The translations under genes were made by a program, and so were the position numbers. From contig JBMNIW010000005.1 of NCBI GenBank assembly GCA_050951325.1, positions 224,001-288,000 on the forward strand: a DNA stretch of 64,000 bases, given 5' to 3'. Every line of letters starts with the position of its first letter. The stretch's first letter is position 1. Origin of the DNA: Clostridia bacterium (GTDB taxonomy: Bacteria > Bacillota > Clostridia > UBA1212 > DUPL01). Under the pieces are notes generated by a model. It had not been told where the DNA came from. It was given only the letters and a program-made list of their open reading frames with translations, and made no database searches. This document shows, one piece after another, positions 59,730 through 64,000 of the stretch.

Positions 59730-60321
59730 TCCATATAAAATTTTGGGTGTAAAAGAAACCGACTCTGATGAAGAAATTAAGAGGGCTTACAGGGAACTTG
59801 TTAAAAAGTATCATCCTGACCAGTATGCCAACAATCCCTTGTCCGAACTTGCCGACGAGAAAATCAAGGAGATTAATGCTGCGTACGATCAAATAATGCG
59901 CGAGAGACAAAATAAATCTCAAGGCACTTATTCCCGCAGCTCAACATATAACTCAGAATACGATGAAATATGGAATCTTATCCAAAGAGGAGAACTGGGA
60001 CTTGCCGAAAGCAAACTACTTGACATTCCTGTAGAAAGCAGGGATGCCCATTGGTATTATCTAATGGGTGAAATAGCGAGGCAAAAAGGCTGGTATGACG
60101 AAGCAAGAATGAATTTCACAAGAGCTATCAACATGGATCCCAACAACATGGTCTACAGAAGAGCACTTAATTCAATGTATAATCAGGCAGGCAATTACAG
60201 AAGGACATCAGACAGATCCGGGTACAATCCTTCTTGTGATATGTGCGAGTTTTGTACTTATCTGTGGTGTGCAGACTGTTGTTGTGAATGTATGGGCGGA
60301 GATTTGATTACCTGTTGTTAA
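59722..60321 (+). CDS. J-domain + TPR protein with Cys-rich C-terminus
   Basis: DPYKILGV, KKYHPD, EINAAYD; TPR (AHWYYLMG...AINMDPNN); CADCCCECMGGDLITCC. Confidence 0.85.
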   Translation: MNDPYKILGVKETDSDEEIKRAYRELVKKYHPDQYANNPLSELADEKIKEINAAYDQIMRERQNKSQGTYSRSSTYNSEYDEIWNLIQRGELGLAESKLLDIPVESRDAHWYYLMGEIARQKGWYDEARMNFTRAINMDPNNMVYRRALNSMYNQAGNYRRTSDRSGYNPSCDMCEFCTYLWCADCCCECMGGDLITCC

Positions 60322-60335
60322 GTAAGGATATTGCC

Positions 60336-62699
60336 ATGACAGAAAAGGTTTTACATGTACTTGAGTATGACACCATAATCAGTAGACTGGCTGATTTAAC
60401 CACCTCCGAACTTGCCAAGGAGAAAGCGCTTAATCTAAAGCCGTCTACAGATATTGAATTAATAGAAAGGCATCTAATTGAAACAATGGATGCCCAGACC
60501 CTCATATTCCAAAAAGGACTTCCTCCTATTTCGAGCATTAAGAATATAGAGAATGCGGTACTTAGGGCTGAAAGAGGAGGAGTATTGAGCTTTTTGGAGC
60601 TTATCAATATTGCCCATTTGTTGAAATCTGCCAGAAGAACTATAGATTATGCATCATACAGTGAGGAAAGTGATAATGTCATATGCAATATGATATCAAA
60701 CTTAATAGCTATCAGAGGGCTTGAAGAAAGAATATGCAGGGCGATAATTTCCGAAGAAGAAATGGCGGACGATGCCAGTCCAAGGCTGTTTGACATAAGG
60801 CGTCAGATACAGTCAAGACAGCTGGCTATAAAGGACAAGCTTAATGATATTATCAGGTCTTCCAAGTATTCGAAAATTATACAGGAACCTGTAGTTACAA
60901 TGCGCAGTGACAGGTACTGCATTCCTGTTAAGATTGAACATCGTTCAGAGTTGTCTGGAATTGTGCATGACACATCCTCCTCAGGGCAAACGTTGTTTGT
61001 GGAACCTGCTTTTGTGGTGGAGGAGAATAATAAAATCAGGGAACTGAGGGTTCAGGAAAACGAAGAGATACAAAGAATACTGTATGAGTTTTCGCAGGAA
61101 GTTGCAGAAAACAGCCCTAATCTTATAAACAATATGGAAATATTGGCTTATCTTGATTTTACCTTTGCAAAAGCCAGGCTGGCCAATGATATGAAGGCTG
61201 TAAAACCTCGAATTAACGACAAGGGATGTATAAATATCATAAACGGCAGACATCCTTTAATAGACAAAAAGATCGTGGTTCCAATATCCATTCATCTTGG
61301 AAAAGATTTTGATACCTTGGTGATTACGGGACCAAATACGGGTGGAAAGACTGTAACACTAAAAACAGTTGGGCTTTTCACATTAATGATGCAGGCAGGC
61401 TTGATGATACCTGCCGATGAAGGCTCCACATTGTGTGTATTTGAGAGAGTGTTTGCAGACATAGGTGACGAGCAGAGCATCGAGCAAAGTCTAAGCACAT
61501 TTTCGTCACATATGAAGAACATAGTTGAGATACTAAACAAATGTGACGAAAGATCCCTTGTATTATTTGACGAACTGGGTGCAGGTACTGATCCGACCGA
61601 AGGCTCTGCATTAGCAATGTCGATACTGGAATGCGTGCACCAAAGGGGAGCAAGAACCATTGCTACAACTCACTACAGTGAGCTGAAAATTTTTGCTCAG
61701 ACCAACAAGGGTTATGCAAATGCCAGCTGTGAGTTTGATGTAAATTCCTTGCGTCCTACTTACAGATTGCTTATAGGGGTTCCTGGAAAGAGCAATGCTT
61801 TTGCCATTTCAAAAAGAATCGGTCTTGACGATAAGATTATTGAAAGAGCAAAAGAATTCTTGACCAGCGAGGATATCCGGTTTGAGGATATGCTTCTCAG
61901 CATAGAGACAAACAGAAAGATAATTGAAGAAGACAAATATGAAATTCAAAGACTGAAGAATGAAGTAAAGAGGCTTGAGAGGGAAATCAGCCAGGAGAAG
62001 GAAAACATCGTAAAGACAAAGAACGAGATTCTTTCCAAAGCAAGATACGAGGCAAGAGAGATACTTAACAGAGCAAGAATAACATCCGACAGATTACTGG
62101 AGGATATTAGAAAAGCCTCAAAGGATATTGAAAAGGACTCTCTTAGAAAAGCGGAAAATTTGAGAACATCTCTTGTCGAATTACAGAACGAACTTGAAGG
62201 AAGTCTGGAAGTCAGCATTGTAAGAGATGAGTCTGAACCTCCTGACAATCTAAGGGAAGGCGATACAGTAAGAATTTTAAGTCTTAACAATACCGGGACT
62301 GTACTAAGCACTCCGGACAGAGATGGAAAGGTTTATGTACAGGTGGGAATAATGAAGGTTTTTGTTCCGCTGGAAGACCTCAGGCTTGCTGAAGAGAAGA
62401 AGAAAAAAGAAAAACCCACCATTTCAAGATCCAATGTAAGTACAAAATCACTATATATAAAGTCAGAAATTGACGTGAGGGGACTTACTGTGGATGAGGC
62501 AACAGATATTATTGACAAACATATAGATAATGCCCTGGTTGCAAACCAAAAGCAGTTCAGCATTATACATGGAAAAGGAACTGGAGCGTTAAGAAGGGGT
62601 ATCCACAAGTACCTTGAGACAAACAGTAACGTAAAAAGCTGGAGACTGGGCGTCTTTGGCGAAGGGGATACCGGAGTAACGGTAGTAACGTTAAATTGA
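60336..62699 (+). CDS. mutS2: Endonuclease MutS2 (Smr domain)
   Basis: HDTSSSGQT, ITGPNTGGKT, DIGDEQSIEQSLSTFSSHM, DELGAGTDP, IDVRG, IIHGKGTG. Confidence 0.96.
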   Translation: MTEKVLHVLEYDTIISRLADLTTSELAKEKALNLKPSTDIELIERHLIETMDAQTLIFQKGLPPISSIKNIENAVLRAERGGVLSFLELINIAHLLKSARRTIDYASYSEESDNVICNMISNLIAIRGLEERICRAIISEEEMADDASPRLFDIRRQIQSRQLAIKDKLNDIIRSSKYSKIIQEPVVTMRSDRYCIPVKIEHRSELSGIVHDTSSSGQTLFVEPAFVVEENNKIRELRVQENEEIQRILYEFSQEVAENSPNLINNMEILAYLDFTFAKARLANDMKAVKPRINDKGCINIINGRHPLIDKKIVVPISIHLGKDFDTLVITGPNTGGKTVTLKTVGLFTLMMQAGLMIPADEGSTLCVFERVFADIGDEQSIEQSLSTFSSHMKNIVEILNKCDERSLVLFDELGAGTDPTEGSALAMSILECVHQRGARTIATTHYSELKIFAQTNKGYANASCEFDVNSLRPTYRLLIGVPGKSNAFAISKRIGLDDKIIERAKEFLTSEDIRFEDMLLSIETNRKIIEEDKYEIQRLKNEVKRLEREISQEKENIVKTKNEILSKARYEAREILNRARITSDRLLEDIRKASKDIEKDSLRKAENLRTSLVELQNELEGSLEVSIVRDESEPPDNLREGDTVRILSLNNTGTVLSTPDRDGKVYVQVGIMKVFVPLEDLRLAEEKKKKEKPTISRSNVSTKSLYIKSEIDVRGLTVDEATDIIDKHIDNALVANQKQFSIIHGKGTGALRRGIHKYLETNSNVKSWRLGVFGEGDTGVTVVTLN

Positions 62700-62741
62700 C
62701 AATTTAAAGGGTTGAACATACAATATTTAGGGAGGATTCAT

Positions 62742-64000
62742 ATGAGTGACACAATGAAAGGTCTTAAAAGAACCATAATGAATGGACATATAGCTGAAAA
62801 AAATATAGGGGATACAGTTGTTCTGACAGGATGGGTGGCCAAGGCAAGAAATTTAGGCAGCCTGATTTTTGTAGACCTGCGAGACAGAACAGGCATAGTG
62901 CAGCTTGTATTTGACAGCACGGTGGATGAGGATGTTTTCAACAAAGCAGAAAAAATCAGGAATGAATATGTACTGTGCGTAAAAGGTGTTGTCAGACCCC
63001 GTGAAAAAGAAGCCATAAATACAAAAATGGCTACAGGAATGGTTGAGGTTTATGTAAACGACCTCAGGATACTCAGCGAGGCAGAAACTCCTCCGATTCA
63101 TGTTGATGACAAGGCTGTTACTGGTGAAGTCAACAGACTTAAGTATAGATATCTAGACCTAAGAAAGCCTTCCATTCAAAAAAACCTCATACTAAGACAT
63201 GAGGTAGCAAGATATGCAAGAAACTTCTTTGCTGATAACGGTTTTTTGGAAATAGAGACGCCTATGCTTTCAAAAAGCACACCTGAAGGAGCAAGAGACT
63301 ATCTTGTGCCCAGCAGGATTCACCATGGCAAGTTTTATGCGCTTCCCCAGTCTCCTCAATTGTACAAACAGCTACTGATGGTGGCAGGTTTTGACAGATA
63401 CATTCAGATAGTCAAATGTTTCAGAGACGAGGATCTGCGGGCAGACAGACAACCGGAATTTACACAGATTGACCTTGAAATGTCTTTTGTAGACATGGAT
63501 GACGTTGTGTCTATAAATGAAGAGTTTCTGAAAGGGCTTTTCAAAAAAGTGATGGATGTTGATGTGGAAATTCCATTTAGACGAATGTCTTACAAGGAAG
63601 CCATGGATAAATACGGCACCGACAAGCCCGATACCAGGTTTGGCATGGAGCTTAAGGATATTTCTTCTTTTGCTGAAAACTGTTCTTTCGGCATTTTCAA
63701 AGATACTGTAAAGAATGGCGGCTGTGTAAAGTTAATATCCGCCAGCGGTGCAGGATCGTTTTCCAGAAAGGAAATTGATAAGCTTGTGGAGTTTGTAAAA
63801 TTCCATGGCGGAAAAGGCATGGCATGGATTATTAATGGTGAGAATGAAACAAGGTCCTCATTAGGGAAAGTTTTGACAGAAGAGGAGATTAAAGAAATAA
63901 TCAGACTGGCAGAAAGCAATGTAGGAGATTTGATTTGCATTGTAAGTGACAAGGCCGACGTTGTTAATACCGCATTGGGAGCGTTAAGATGCCATATTGC
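62742..64000 (+). CDS. aspS: Aspartate-tRNA ligase (partial, runs off the right edge)
   Basis: FVDLRDRTG, RLKYRYLDLR, STPEGARDYLVP, LPQSPQLYKQ, FRDEDLRADRQPEFTQID; GGAGG SD. Confidence 0.95.
   Translation, partial: MSDTMKGLKRTIMNGHIAEKNIGDTVVLTGWVAKARNLGSLIFVDLRDRTGIVQLVFDSTVDEDVFNKAEKIRNEYVLCVKGVVRPREKEAINTKMATGMVEVYVNDLRILSEAETPPIHVDDKAVTGEVNRLKYRYLDLRKPSIQKNLILRHEVARYARNFFADNGFLEIETPMLSKSTPEGARDYLVPSRIHHGKFYALPQSPQLYKQLLMVAGFDRYIQIVKCFRDEDLRADRQPEFTQIDLEMSFVDMDDVVSINEEFLKGLFKKVMDVDVEIPFRRMSYKEAMDKYGTDKPDTRFGMELKDISSFAENCSFGIFKDTVKNGGCVKLISASGAGSFSRKEIDKLVEFVKFHGGKGMAWIINGENETRSSLGKVLTEEEIKEIIRLAESNVGDLICIVSDKADVVNTALGALRCHI

Noticed and set aside
62700-62741. T-box leader for aspS
   Set aside because: The intergenic gap is only ~42 nt and no T-box motif is visible.

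Overview
Chromosomal segment of a low-GC, spore-forming Clostridia-class Firmicute (spoIVA, Coat F, pta-ackA, ispH-rpsA fusion). It is mostly housekeeping: galM, THF riboswitch-folT, hutP-cmk-plsC-ispH/rpsA-tRNA-Leu, gpmI, lemA, citrate synthase, tRNA-Glu, rsuA, pta-ackA-rpmF, der-plsY-spoIVA, metY, pepD, a two-component system with a MacB-like ABC transporter, purL, pgm, dnaE (split by a frameshift), pfkA, mutS2 and partial aspS. An accessory stretch (~7.7-24 kb) follows tRNA-Leu. It holds a 1600-aa exonuclease-RecQ-UvrD fusion, an AraC gene, a tocopherol-cyclase-like pseudogene, two membrane-anchored secreted proteins, an IS30-family transposase and a truncated IS1634. The most striking unexplained structure is around the Cys-rich IS30 ORF. 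Eight copies of an AAGTAAATG-type core flank it on both sides in the same orientation, together with hairpins and an inner inverted repeat whose one substitution is G-U compatible in the transposase-sense RNA. Other notable points are an internal promoter and RBS that could give stand-alone S1 from the ispH-rpsA fusion, a PurL with Gly at the glutaminase catalytic Cys, an apparent ATA start codon, and an HssR-like direct-repeat operator. All calls come from motif recognition by eye; no database searches were run.
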